DNA from: Tubulanus polymorphus | Lineage: Eukaryota; Animalia; Nemertea | NCBI RefSeq assembly: GCF_964204645.1 | Contig: NC_134026.1 | Location: forward strand, 1,945,950-2,009,949 | Reading direction: 5' to 3' | Length of the DNA: 64,000 nt | Translations under genes and position numbers: made by a program | The notes under the pieces: generated by a model | Database searches by the model: none | Told to the model about the DNA's origin: nothing | The model's input: the letters and a program-made list of their open reading frames with translations, nothing else | Shown: positions 12,901 through 26,929 of the stretch, one piece after another | Layout: each line of letters begins with the position of its first letter | Position numbering within the stretch: position 1 is the stretch's first letter

Positions 12901-13090
12901 ATATATTCACGCCTACCGAACAATCAGTCCGCGCGATTCCATTTTTAATCTTAAAAGCAGCGGCGCTTATATCTTGAAATTTGATCGCAACCGGATTTTC
13001 AGGATCGCAGAATTCATCTTTGATCACATCTTCGTCGAGATCAACGCTTTCAAGTCTCGAGGCGACTCCATTGACGTCATCGGCCGGCAT
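9952..13090 (-). CDS. PLP-dependent L-threonine/serine ammonia-lyase (dehydratase) with C-terminal ACT domain
   Basis: TGSFKERG (PLP lysine), [52 protein letters not shown] and ACT motif [14 protein letters not shown]. Ends HIQWAQA-stop. Start Met inferred; an upstream UTR exon is probable near 13885. Confidence 0.9.
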
Positions 13091-16000
13091 CCTGATTCCT
13101 ATAGGGCCCACACTATCTAATAAAACAAAAATTCAAAAAGACTAAATTTTAAAACGGAGTTTACATGGTTTGTAATGTGAATAAACCAGTTGAAAAAATG
13201 GTGCAGTAGTCAAAACATTATTAGGAATCTGAGGCCAGCTGCACAAATTCATAGTTTAGATTTAAGACATGTCTTAGACCATATACCGGTAGCCTATTAG
13301 TTTTATAGCTCAGGTATTAGTTTTATAGCTCAGCTATAGGCCTAGGCCTATGTTAGTAACAACTTAAGCCTACAACTAATGACTTAAGTCACTCTTGAAA
13401 ATGAAGAAAATAATTAGGCCTAACTAAGAATCACTTTAAGAATTAATCGTTTTTGCCTGCTGGCCCTGGGCCCAGTTTCACAAAAAGGATAAGGCCTAAA
13501 TCGATTTAAGATAAACTGAATTAATAGAGAAATTAAAACTGGGCCATATGATCAATCATAACTAGGCCCTAACAATAACATGGCTAACCCAATTTTTACA
13601 AATCAAGGACAAACTTTTTTTAGATTCCAGAGAAAAATGCAGGCCTAAATTTACCCCTTATCAAATATTTCCAACTTGGTGGCTGTAATTAGTTGACATG
13701 TCAGCTACTCTGACCACTAACGGACACGTGGAATTGTCACAAAATGTCAATATAAACATTAAAATCGGTTTGTGATTGGCTATCAGCCGCACACACCTCC
13801 TCTTCCTGATATTCACCATCTTGCAAAAAATAAACTACGCGGAAATAAGAACAATTTGAACGACTTGTCATCGAGCAAACTCACCTTTATTATATAAGGT
13901 TATCTACTGCGTGTATATCCAGTAACACGAAACTCTCAGATAAACGCTTTATAAAGCTTTAAATATTCACTATTCCTCTCTCATCCCACACTCACACATG
14001 CAGTTATATTATGATTGAAGAAGTATTGATCCCATTCACTAATGGCCGTTAAGTACCCAAAGCAGGTTCGAATCCCGCATAAATATCAAACATTTATCGC
14101 TTTCAATGCGCGCGGCCAGTTTGTACAAGATTTTACTACTTGAGAATCCAACTAGTAAATGTTCCCTCATCAAATTAATACTACATTCTGTCTTTGGAGA
14201 GGTCATCCCCAGTCTCAGCTGCACCAATGAGCCTTTAAACATCATTCCTCGAAACTCGCAGTTCAAATGGAAAAAAGAATTTTAACAAGTCGTTGATTCA
14301 TTCTTAAAACATTAGATTTATTGATTTACTTTCGCTCAGATACTTGAACTTAAATTTTTTAGACAGGTTAATCAAAATGGAGTGATGGCTATGACTATAG
14401 CCATTAATTGAGTTTTAAGAAAACCTTTTGATTTAAAATCTAGAGAACAGCCACATCTATTGGTGTATATTTTGTTTCATGTTTCAATTTTACTTCAAAT
14501 AAGATCAATTATCTCGATCATTATAATCATCTGTTGTTACACAAAATTTTGGTTAAGCAATATTGTTGCATCGCATTAATATTGTTTTTTATTTGATGTG
14601 ATTTCCCATCATGAAACGAAACATCATTTGGAATGAAAAACACAATCTAATGCTCTTATAATATTAATAATATTTCAAAAAAAAAATCGACGCATTAGAT
14701 TTAAGTTAAAACGCAACAACATATAAGAGCCTTAATGCACAAAACCATGCAGCAAGAAAATACGAAATAGAGAAAGTCTCTGTGAGATACAAAAAAAAAA
14801 CATAAATAAATGCATGTTCTCCTTTGTTCAGCAAGGAGTTCGAAATTCGAAAAACAGGTGTCCATCGTAACGCATGGCAAAATCTGATAATTTTGTTGTC
14901 AAAAATCATAATCAAAATATAACCACTATTCAGAAGTCAAGGAATTTCTCAGGCAATATTTTAGCGTCATCATATTTTCGGTTTTTCATTATTCTCGTTA
15001 ACAAGAAATTTCACAACATGATCTGATAGTTAAACACACACGATTCACCCTCCTTCTCTACCAAAGTGGCTAAAATACAAGATAATTTAAAATCTTGTGC
15101 TAAAATACGCGTTTTAAATTCTTATAATATTGTTACTTTTTATATGTAAACAAGTAGAGAAGGAGAGGATCTGTGAGGAAATATTAACGAAAAAAAAAAA
15201 AATTTATATACCAGGGGTAGCTGCTGTTTCAATACATACGTGTATGTACATGTATATATCGTAGTAACAGATACATAAAAGCAAAAAGCAGCGACTACAT
15301 TTTTCACATAAGCAACATTTATAGATTAGATTGAAAGATTAGCTGATGTACATAAATACAAACAGGTGCTAGGTTTTTAAGAAGTTTTTTTTTCAGAACC
15401 AATTCCTAAAGTGAATTTTGATGCCGTTTTTGACGTTACAGTGTAAAACATTTTGATCTTGACTGAACGATTAATTGAATTTTCAAGTTTAAAATTAAAT
15501 GGTTACCCAATATTGTGAAATTACATTGTACATGTTTATACGATGTAGTTACACAACTGATTATACTTTTGACTATTTCAAATGTACACATAGAAGTTAA
15601 TGTTTGATGGCTATCATCCACTGTGATGCATTAAATGCAAACTTTCCGAGTACCTGTATTCGATAATATGTACATATTTTACACGAATGAATAAGTAGAA
15701 ATTGGCACACTTCAAGTCCAAGTCATTTACAAGTCTCTCTAGCTCTCAAATACTCTGAGATAACCAATAATGTGTTCTTTATATACAACTTGTTAGGGGG
15801 AGAATAACGTTTTGTTGAAAGTAGTACATATTCACATACATTTTTTTACAACTTTACAGAAAAAAAAAAACAATGCGTAAAAATATTCGACAAACTTAAA
15901 ATTACAAATGACAAAACGTTTAAAAATATTGCACTTTTATCAAAAAATAGAAGTACTAATGAAATATCATTCCTACATATTGTATAATCTAGATTTCTTT

Positions 16001-17038
16001 ATAATGTCATCTTATGGCGGTATTTTGAGCATTTAAAATCCGTTTCACAAGTTGTATATGAATATTTCTATATAACAGAGCAAATCCTATTATCACACTT
16101 TACATTGGAATACTTTTTGATTGCCTTGTAATGAATAACCTAGGTTGTATTTTCCATACACACAGTGGATGATAGCCAACAAAAATGTCTATTTAATTCA
16201 ATATTTTGAAAAACCAATTCATTTTACAATGTATACACATTTACATAATATTATTCAGAAGATAATGTACATCCATGTGTCATGTAAGCGATTTCATTTG
16301 ATCTTATATATGAAAATTTAGCTCGAGAATGTTAGAGAAGTTTAGTATCAATAGTGGTGTAGCTTATATTGTATTTTAAATCTGAACCGCAAAATAGTAT
16401 TATTTAGCAGCTAATAACTCAGGAGCAAAAAGCAAATGAATTACAATGCAGTAAACACCCAGAAAGTCGTTTTGTTGAATAGCTTATTATTACTTATATG
16501 CAGAAATTTTTCTAGTTAAGCCAAAATCTTTAGTTCGTATATGTTCCAAAAGTTGTTGTATACAAATTCACTATGATGAGAATCACGTACATACAGTTAA
16601 AATATGATTAGACTCATGCCTAATCATACTTATTTTCATGATGGACTAAATGACTAGAATGACCTACGATTTCTATCTCAAACTTCTGACATGTTACACA
16701 CACTAACACTATCTATTACTAGCGAATGGTGGGCTGAATAAGTGATCTCACTAATTCATACCAGGTAGTTTGATGAAATGTAAACACTGTTTTTAGTAGT
16801 ACATCGATGAATTTTACCGGTTATAAATAAACAAAATCTATATTTTTCATATATTACTCAATATTCCAATGAATGGACCTATTGGATAAACTTATAGTTG
16901 TTAAATTTGAAACGTTAAAACTAAAGATAAAATCTCTGTAAATTCAATGGAATGTTAGCAAAAAATCTGGATCGGAATGTACAAATATTCACTATCACAA
17001 AATATTGGACAAATATCATTGATGACTAGGATGAACGG

Positions 17039-20000
17039 TCAGTGCCAAAAATGTTTCTTTTTGCGTTCAGTTTTTGGTGGGAGTTTGTCATCTGCTTCCA
17101 GTTCGGTTACAACTCGTTTTGAAATTTGACGTTGAAGAAGTTCCTGCATGTCGAGCTAGAAGAAGAGATCCATTTAGGTATTCTCCTTATTCTCTCCTCA
17201 TGATAAAACTATTCATATGTACAGAATACATACCTGACATTGTTCTAATTGCTGAGAAAGTTCAATCTTTTGTTGTATAGATTCCAATAGTTGCTGATCT
17301 AATTTAGCCAAATCCAATTTAGCATTTGCCAGTTCAACTTCCATTGAGTTCCGTCTAATAAGACAAATGAATACTGATATAGTGATGTAGAGGAGACAAA
17401 ATGATTATGATCCTTATAACTTAAATACTTACTTTGTAATAGCTTCATCTCTTTCAAGTCTAGCCAGTGATACAATATCTTCTTTATCAACTTGCATTTC
17501 ATCGTGGGACTTGTCTTTTTCTAGTGTTATATTCGACTGTTTTTGTTGCTCAATTTGAAGCTAGAAACCATCAACAGTAAAGAAAAAGTAGGCTTAATAT
17601 CATACATCAAACTTGCCCATGCCGCATATAAAAGCATACACAATCAAAGATACTTTCATTTGCAACCAATACTAATTTTTTTGGTATGAAACATCTACCA
17701 TTATCAAGCAAAATAAGATAGATCTTTTTTTTAACACAAGCAAAAAGCACGATGATCTGCCAGGTGAATTCAAGCAAAGTGAACTAATGCGGACCTAGAA
17801 TCAATAACCTAAAATAAGGCACTATTGATTCATAGCGAAGGTATGCATGCAAAAAAATTTCAAGGGACACAAATTGGGAATAGGCATTTCCAGCACAATC
17901 CAGCACTAACCCTAACCCACATGCATTGATATGCATGAAGTGAACCAACACACATGCAAATACCTACAGAACATAAAGCGTGTTTGTAACAGACAATTCT
18001 TACCTCTTGAATTGTTATCTGTTTGATTAACAAAATAAAAATAACGATTAAATAACCGATATTCAAATAATATCTAGTATATAATCACACATGAATGACC
18101 ACTTTTTCCAGAGTATATGACCATTAAATATGAATTTCTTTATAGCTAACCTTCTGTGTCAATTCCATCAAGTCATGAGATTTCTTCTTCAATTCATCAT
18201 CTTTTTCAGTGACCACCATATGTAAAGAGCGCACCTGACTCTGAGTGCACGTCAGTTCTTCTTCAAGTATATTAACTTTTTCCTGAAGATGATTAACTTC
18301 GGGAATAGATTCCTAATTAACAAACACGACAAAATGAGTCCAAAATTTCAGCTAATTTAGAGAATTCTAGTGAGCATAAAAAGTTGTAGTATATATTTAC
18401 CGCATTAGCTTGTCTTTTGGCCATTTCATCCATCAATGAATGCAACTCGAGCAATAAGTTTGACAAACTTCCCTTCTCAAATTCGGCGAAAATTTTCTGT
18501 TCAGGACTTTGGTCGATGTTCGTATCCTGCTGTTGTTTCAGCTGCTGGAACATGTCTTTTATTTGTTGGTAGACCTCAAAAACTTCTAATTGAAATGTCT
18601 GTTTAAAATGAAGAAACATTTCATAAATACCGATAAGATAAAACAATCTGACACAGACAAACAGTGGATGTCTAAAAAGATAGCTTGTTTCGTATATTCT
18701 AAGAGAAGCTAAAATTTGCCAGCTTCAACTTATTATTTTTTTTTCTTCTATTTTCAACGAAGCCAAATGAGCAACAAGACAACTTTTCAGCCCACCTAAC
18801 TTCTACACAACAGTTTTAACACTTGCAAAATTGACTACAACAAAAAATAAGTGAGTGTGTTTATTTCTACCTGGTGATTATTCTCTCCGGACGGAGGAGC
18901 TTGTTCTATATGTATATAATCATCATCATACTCAATATCGTCGTCGTCGTCGTCCAAACTGAGACCGGGGCTAGGCGACATTGGGTAAGCCCCACCCAAT
19001 TTCATACCGGACATCCCCGACTAGTAAAAGATTAGACACAAGCCAATACATAAAGTGACGTGGTTAGCAATTAACAGCAGTTTTAAGCGAGTGCTTAAAT
19101 ATTCTGAAGTGATGTATACAGCGCTGCCCATTCAACTTTCACCGACAAAAAGCCTAGTCCGCTTACAATAAAATATCAATAATTGCCATCTAATTCCAAT
19201 ATCTAATCATTGATCACTTATTTCTGGCAAAATGAAGATGAGATCAGAGTTAAATGGGCTTTACTATACAACAGGTTACAGTATGTACACATTGTTAGGC
19301 AATATCAAAATAACTTCATTTAGAATATATTAAAGACATTAATCATATTGCCTTACATGAATATTTCAAAGAACACATCCATATATAGGCACACATTAAC
19401 ACTATTAGCGATATGATGTTGTACGAAGTTACGATGTGTTATGAATTGTCAGGTTTTAGCGCTTAAAATGATGACATTATTGGAACGAATTTACATACCT
19501 GCGGCCGACCGAGTTCCATGTCTTCCGAAAAACAATTCGACATTTCGAGTTCGTTGAATAATGAATTATTGTTACTGCCGTTGTTGTAATGGCCGCCGCT
19601 AGTCGACGACGCGTGCAACGAAAGTTCCTCAAGTTTTTCTTGTAGATCGCTGTTCGTTTCTCGTAGTTCGATCAACTCGCGCTCGTGAGAGCGAATCTGT
19701 TTAAATCAGCAGAGAATCGATATTTCAAAATTCGGCAAGAGATTTTTTGATATCTTATAATATCTATATTTTAAGTGTATCATGAAAATATAACATCGAG
19801 TAGGCCTAAATGGACTTTAGTTGGGATTTCAATTTGACTGTAGAGTTAACTAATTCAAACTCGATTGAGTTTAGTGGATCTAAGTCTTGGAATTCACTAT
19901 CTATTTATCACCTGTTGATCTTGTTCCATCTTCTGTCGTTCAAGCATCATTATACGATCCTGTGCTTCCTCACAGTTACACACGGCTGCATCGCGTTCTT

Positions 20001-21478
20001 CACTCAACTGTTTAATACGTCTATCTAATTCTCGAACTCTTTCAGTAAGTATCGTTATCTATGATAAACCAATGTAGAAAATCAGTAAATTTACCAGCAC
20101 CGTTCATTACCAACCGTGACAAACTCGTGAAATTATAGGACTTTTTTTAAATGAATAACCTTTAATCTTATTTCTGAAGTGAGTGAAACAATATAACGTG
20201 TAAAACTTACCTCTTCTCTGAGCACTGTAAGTTCAGACACATGACTTTGTATAGAACTTCTTCTACTAGATACTTGTAACCTCAAACCGGTTAACTGAGT
20301 GTTCAATGATTCCTCCGCATTCAATGACTGAAAGTTAGATATCAATGTTCATTATCGTGTTCATTACCATCTTATCTTATGATTAAAATATTTCTCCGGG
20401 AGATCTGTTTTTTTTAATACTTTTCTCTCAACAGCTCTTCTGTTTCCTTCTTGCTACTTTCAATGAGTGTTAGCTCGGAGAAAAGGCTTTGCAAAATCCA
20501 CATGAAAAAGCGCTCCTCTCTATGCTATTTGTAAACTGTTCTGCTGTTTTAAATTATTAATTCTTTTAATTCTATAATGTTTCCTTTCCCATGACTGCTG
20601 TAATATGGTAAGAGGTTGTAATACTCACTTTTTTCAGTTGATCTGTTAATCTTTCGTTCTGAGCTCTCAATTCTTTTACTATATTAGTCTTATCGTCTTC
20701 TTTTAGTTTCGTATTCTGCTGCTCCGCGCCGAGTTTCTTTCGCAATATTTCTATATCCGTTTGTAAATCTTTGATAGTATTTTCATATTCTCCTTCAGCT
20801 GATTCTAATCTTAGCCGTAAACGATAACGCTCTTGTTCTAAATCCTACAACGTTGATTGCGACATTATTTTGTTGGCTGCAATTTTTGGATAGGGAGTTT
20901 TACCAGTGGAATAATTAACTCTATAAGTTTAATATAATAACCATGAAATTTTGGCTATCGATAACCCAAAATTCCGTGGTTAGAATATTAAACCTTTAAG
21001 TACCAGGACTGGAAATTTCACCAAATAAGTTAAGATCATCACAGTAAATTCAAAATGCAATAATTAAGTTACTTAGCAGGGCCATACAGTAGCAGGGGTC
21101 AGTTGCCCTACAGAAATTTTGGAAAAGTGCCCTATCTGTAAATATTGCTACATCCAATAGAAATTCAATATAGAATTTAATATAGAAACTTGGGACTAAC
21201 AAGCATTTCATTATAGGATTTCAAATAACTGTAGATACACTTACATCTATTTTCAGCTGTAAATCTTTATGTATAGATTCATAATGTTCATTTTTTCGCT
21301 GCAGTTCTTTATTTTTCTCTAGCAAAGATTGTCCGATTTCCGCAGCGAGAAACAGGTCTTTTTCTTTCTGCGCGAGTTGGGCGTAAACATCATCCGGATC
21401 GACTTGTCTTTCTTCCATATCAAGATATTGATAGTAGTCTTCCAAGTTTTCGGGTGTAGAAGGAGTGGAGGACACTCC
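17039..21478 (-). CDS. BICDL1: Bicaudal-D-related dynein adaptor (coiled coil); N-terminus uncertain
   Basis: QKEKDLFLAAEIGQSLLEKNKEL (CC1 box), NSLFNELE, and C-terminal LAKLDQQLLESIQQKIELSQQLEQ characteristic of BICDR proteins. Stop at 17039-17041. Confidence 0.8.
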
Positions 21479-22660
21479 TAGATGACAAGCACACATATTT
21501 CAGTCTCCGATAAAACCGTTCGTTTGAGGTGAATGAGATGAACAACATTTATCTATGCGACTAGATATTTCTAAAAGCGTCACAGAGTTCTATACTAATT
21601 AGCATTGAAAGCTTTATGCCATATCTTATAAAGAAAGACCATCACCAGAGTTTATATATATAGAAATATATCGAACATCACCTAGAGCAAAGAGAAAAAG
21701 CAATTTACGGATTAGTGAAGCCATGAAAATTAATCTACCTTTACTAAGCACCACGAGCTGATCTATGTGCTCAAAAAATTATGTTTTATGATTAGACTTG
21801 GTATTTAAACACAGCTGAGGAAACCTGCATGAAATTTGATGTGACAGCACAGAACTGTTATGAAGAAAGCAGTTAGCAAGCAGAGGTTCATAGTGAACAT
21901 GAAGATGGAATATGCAAGAGGTGATTATTGCCTGAGAAAGATACAGAACTACTTAGGAATAATCATAGCTCGGTCCCACAGACATACAGACAGCAGATAC
22001 TGCAGCGGAGGAGGTATTTTTTACACTCTTCTGCCGCGTGTGATTTATTTTCATTTCACGATCAGATATTTTTACAAAACTTAAAACCTATCTAAATACA
22101 AAAAGCAGCTGACTGCGATAAAATCACTGGCTACATGATATTGTAAGCCAGATTATATCAAGATTTTTCCAAGCATAGAGATCAACATGGAGATGTCGTC
22201 AGTGACCGACGGTGTCGGACTAAAAAGTGGTTCTCATTTTCAAATAGTTTTATATAAGCAACCTGGGCGGCATCATCAACCTACCTCAATATCATAATGT
22301 TCTAGAAAAAATGGTCTATAATTTACGTTGATCGATGAATCGCAGAGATTTACACATCCATTAGAAATTTCGAATGATTGATCACCTCAGAAACCGAAAC
22401 CAAACACGATCTACGACGCCATTCTTTTTACTGCGATCGAAAATAGGAAACAAGTCGGACGAAACGACCACAAAATAATCTAATATAAGCTAAGTACCTC
22501 AGTTAATCAGACATTCATCAGACAATGAATTAAGATTAAGTAATATTTCTTTATTCAGATAATTAGGTTTTTCTGACTTATTCATAGAATGTGTGATTTT
22601 TTATATCCGACGTGGCGCCTGGTGCTCGACTCTTTCTTTTAAGATCAACCTTGTTTAAAG

Positions 22661-23728
22661 ATGGCGGCTCCTTCGTCAAATGATCCGATTTCAAGTTGTC
22701 CACCTAATTTAGTGGATGAATTCGAGATAGCCTTTCAGGTAAGCGTATTTAAAACTCATCTGAAATTGTCTAATATTTAAGGGGATTTATCGGTGCAAAA
22801 TATATCGCGCCCAGTTTCGCAGGCCTACTTAGAATAAACTAATCTTTGGCCACAAGTGTCAGATCCAGTCATGCTAAGTATAAAAAGAAAACGTCTATAA
22901 TCTATGTCTTCAGAGTTGCCTTAGTTTACATGCATCATTAATATTTCAGAATTGTTTCGCCAATCTTAATTCACAAGAGAGTAGCAGTTCAGCTGACTCC
23001 GATGAATTAAAGACAGGTAATCAAAACTATTATAGATATCGCCTTTTAGTCGTCAGATGATATTTTCTTTTTTTCATTCAACGACAGATCGTTCGACATT
23101 TTGATGTTTGTTTTATCTCACAGGGGCTGAGCAATCCATACAGAAATTCCTCGATGTTGCCAAGCAGCTGGAAGCATTCTTTTTACAGAAGAGATTGATT
23201 TTATCGGTGATGAAACCAGAACAGATTGTCAAAGAGGTAAAATCTTCATCATCTATTCGACTTTGATGTATCATCTCAAGTGTTAGATGTTAAACTTACC
23301 GATTGCTTTTATTTCATTTTCTTAAGGATGTCAATGAAATGGGAACCGAAATTGGACGAAAAGATAATTTACTGCAAAAACATTACGTTAAATTGCAACA
23401 CTGGCAAAATATGTTACGAACATTACCGGGATCTCAACCCCCTCAACAGGGAGGGGCTCAGTCGTCTCAACAACAACAACCACCGCCACCTATGAACCAA
23501 CAACAAAACCTACAACAAATCCCTCACTCTCAAACTCAACACATGGTCAGTCATGGTATGCCGCATCATACTAACTCAGCAATGTCGATGAGTATGGGTC
23601 TTCATCAGAGTCATATGCCACCTCCTCAAATACCAGGAGCCGCTCAATCAATGCAGTTTCAACAAGGGCCTCTCGCTCATTTAGAAAGGACAACATCTAA
23701 TATCGGAATGCCTGATGGTTCAAGATAG
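22661..23728 (+). CDS. MED28: Mediator subunit 28 with Q/P/M-rich C-terminal tail
   Basis: [11 protein letters not shown]|[41 protein letters not shown]|DVNEM...[17 protein letters not shown]; four exons. Confidence 0.92.
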
Positions 23729-24055
23729 TTGAATAACATAAATTCTATTATAAACCAAACTGCATTTATTATCTTAAGAAGAATTTTGTAGATCTAGTCT
23801 TGTGTCTGTTTGTACCTTATTTTTAAGATGAAATATATTACCAGTATATAACTGCGTATCAAAGAAAAGCTTGTTGATTTTGGAGACAATTTTCTCAGGA
23901 ATTCGGGAGAAAAAGACATCGAATTAAATCTCACTTTAAAAAATATTAATTTATTTACCGATAAAGTTTATCACAAAAATAAAAACGAATCATTTCTCTT
24001 TCTTCTCTGATGAAGATTTTATAAAATTTGAGGTTTTAAAAAGTCCCTTTAATTG

Positions 24056-26252
24056 TCAGAGCAGCAATATCCCTAAAGAGTCTAATTTGTAAGTAGTAGA
24101 TTCCCAGGTGAGGCCATCACCCATTGGCTTGTGTGTAGATGGTAATAAAATATGCCTCCAGAATGATCTACAAGAAAAAGATTTCTTCAAGTAACAGAAG
24201 ATCGACGACATTCGAAATAATGGCATAATTGCAGTATTTACCTTCCATTAGATAAACCAAGGAACATCTTCCAATTTTTGATGAAACCAAAATTGTAGGG
24301 ATTTCTATGAACCTGCAAGAAAATTAGGAAATCGTAAAATAGATTTTGAATTTGTGGTATATAAATTCACCAGTGGTATATAAATTCAACAGTGGTATAT
24401 AAATTCAACTTACTAATCCAATCTTTTTCATACGCCCTGCATCAGATTTATTGATATGTACTTCGATGCTAGTTTCACCTCTAGATATCAATCTAGCGTG
24501 CCACAATACTAACAATCCTAAAGCTACTGTGACTCCACTACATAACATAAACTCATATACTATACTCAAATGATATAACGAACTGGATTTACTACCCTGA
24601 AAGTAAATGATACAAGTTAGTAAAATGTTTCTCATTTTGAAGGTTTCGTTAATGAGTCTAGGAATTAAGTGCTCTTACCAATTCACTAGGCATTGCAGTC
24701 ACTCCACCAAGAGCCAAATTAAGCACATAAAAATACCCTGGATACCTCAGCTCCTATAAAAAAATATATGGATTATTCAATCATCTAAACCCATTTGTAA
24801 AAGCATATGGCCATGGATTAAATGTTTATACCTGGGAGCCATAGAAATGCTCTTTAAATAGATCATATGCGCTGATACTAATGTATAGACATCCTAACCA
24901 CATGTATATACAAAACATGAAAAAATATCTGTGATTATAGTGACCAACACAATTATTCAACCAAGCTGAGAATAGATTTTAAGGAACATATGATGGATGA
25001 TTAAAGACCCCACAGCCCGGTTATCCATCCTCCATTTATCTTATTTCATTAAAGGATACGACAATGGTGATCCATTTTTAGAACGCATTTCTTACAAATG
25101 CTACAATGATGTGTTCTCGGTGGTTTCGGACTGATACATTTCTTACATACGGAAACAGTTTCAGGAATCATCTGAAAATACAACGGATAGAATAAGAACA
25201 GTACTGGTATCCAATTTGATAGTAAGTAAGTAAGTATTTTATTCACATAATAGATTGATACAAAGCATTTAAGTATACATCAGGGTCCGATCTAAGGAAT
25301 GAAGGCCACTTGCCCGGGGGGCAAGCATATCTGAAATTTCGCTTGCCCCCTCCAAAAGCTACTTGCCCCACACAGGCAGTCCGATTGGTGGCACAACCTT
25401 CCGTTGAATCGAGTGGGAAAATAGCTTTGAGACATAAAATTGCACTAGCCCGGGGGACAAGTGATAATGATAACTTACTTGCCCTGAATATACTTGTCCC
25501 GGGCAATCGGACAAGTGCTTAGATCGGACCCTGTACATGTATAATAAAAAACAGTGTAGTAATAAATTATGCGAGGGGTTAGGAAAAGCCAAATTAACGG
25601 CTTAAATGAGTCCTTTCCCCTCCACAACATACACATCTTCTCACACCCTTTCCCAGCAATCATTCAATCATTACACAATCATACTAGAAATGTAGCATAA
25701 TAGATCTAACCAAAAGTTATTAGATCTATTATGTGAAAAAAATCGATACAAATAGAGTGTATTCTAATTTGAATCATACCTCGCTTGGTGAGCCCGGATT
25801 GGTAAATACTGCCATTAGATAGTTGAATACAAGATTTACCAACAACCAATGTCCAAAAACGAGATGATAAATAGTCCAGCCGATGCTGTGATAATATTTT
25901 TGCGGTAAGAGACACATGTAGAATATGACGACAACTGATGCAGTTAGACATACTACTAACAGGACAAATAACTGAAACAAGAAATATTCGAAACTACATT
26001 ATCAAAATTATATAGAACAAAAACATTCACATCATTTCGAATACTTACAGGGCCTAAATATTTAGTGAAGTTATCGACGCACCAATACATAGGTTCCATA
26101 GCGACATCAACCGCTACTTCTGTTGATGTGAATGAATTGAAACACAAGGAATGCATCGTCAGTTTTAGAATTGCCAATTTTCTCGTTAAACGGAAGCAGA
26201 TGTAATCAAAGTGGCGACCGATCGTACAGCGAAATATCGGCATCCTTGCCAT
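24056..26252 (-). CDS. ZDHHC16: DHHC palmitoyltransferase
   Basis: [99 protein letters not shown]. Confidence 0.9.
24354..24409. repeat. Three tandem copies of a 19-bp unit (GTGGTATATAAATTCAMCA)
   Basis: Directly visible in a ZDHHC16 intron. Confidence 0.8.
24966..25059 (-). other. U12-type (minor spliceosome) GT-AG intron in ZDHHC16
   Basis: Donor GTATCCTTT, branch-like TTCCTTAAA shortly before CAG. Splicing restores DHHC|PW. Confidence 0.88.
25281..25533. mobile_element. hAT-like MITE with 5-bp TSD
   Basis: 16-bp TIR CAGGGTCCGATCTAAG/CTTAGATCGGACCCTG flanked by TACAT on both sides. Confidence 0.8.
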
Positions 26253-26279
26253 AACAAGACAGATACTCTGAAATAGAAG

Positions 26280-26441
26280 GGGGTCATTCATTTATTACGT
26301 ACGCATTAGGGGAGGAGGGGTCAGTGCAATTGCGTACTGTAATGCTTAATGTATACGAAAAAATGGCAGATTTTGCGTACAGAGGGGGAGGGGGGGTTGA
26401 AAAATTCAAATTTCATGCGTACGTAATTAATAAATGATCCC
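26280..26441. mobile_element. PIF/Harbinger-like MITE
   Basis: GGGTCATTCATTTATTACGTACGCAT...ATGCGTACGTAATTAATAAATGATCCC inverted termini with internal G-runs. Confidence 0.7.
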
Positions 26442-26454
26442 AAGGTTAGTTTTA

Positions 26455-26929
26455 AGGCAGGTGATATTTTGCCAATGCGGCATTATTCCTGTTAACGCTA
26501 TTTTGACTATTGCTCGTTCTGATTGGCTTATTTACACGGTGCATGAACACTAAAGTGCGCGACTTAAAAAATTCAAAGAAAGTGTGGAGAACAGAGTAAG
26601 AAAAAATAGACCAGATAGAGCAGTATTCAAACCTGTGCCAGCAAATTGCTAAATTTAGGGTAACGTCTTTCCACTAGACCACTGAGGCTTATTGAATCCC
26701 ACTTAACGTTTTAACTACAATGTATCGCACTCGACCTAACCCTAACCCTGGCTGTAAAATGGACCCTAACTAAACCTACTACTAGTAAACCCTAATACCA
26801 ATGGTTAATAAAACCCTAAACAATAAAATAATTTCATTGCCATTCCAATAGTTTGCCTCATTTTATATAATCCATTGGGAAAATATTATTTACACGTATA
26901 ATGCCGCATTGGCAAAATATCCACTTCCT
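26455..26929. mobile_element. TIR element carrying a tRNA-like segment and CCCTAA-like repeats
   Basis: ~31-bp TIR containing GATATTTTGCCAATGCGGCATTA. Internal minus-strand A/B-box-like segment at ~26620-26690 and CTAACCCTAACCCT repeats at ~26735-26820. Confidence 0.72.

Noticed and set aside
13900-17030. Hidden gene between the dehydratase and BICDL1
   Set aside because: Very AT-rich with only short motif-less ORFs; best explained as promoter plus a long BICDL1 3' UTR.
25243-25663. Several overlapping ORFs in a ZDHHC16 intron
   Set aside because: They lie over a GC-richer MITE and show no protein motifs.
26735-26820. Interstitial telomere or chromosome fusion scar
   Set aside because: Only a few degenerate CCCTAA units, all inside a TIR-bounded element.
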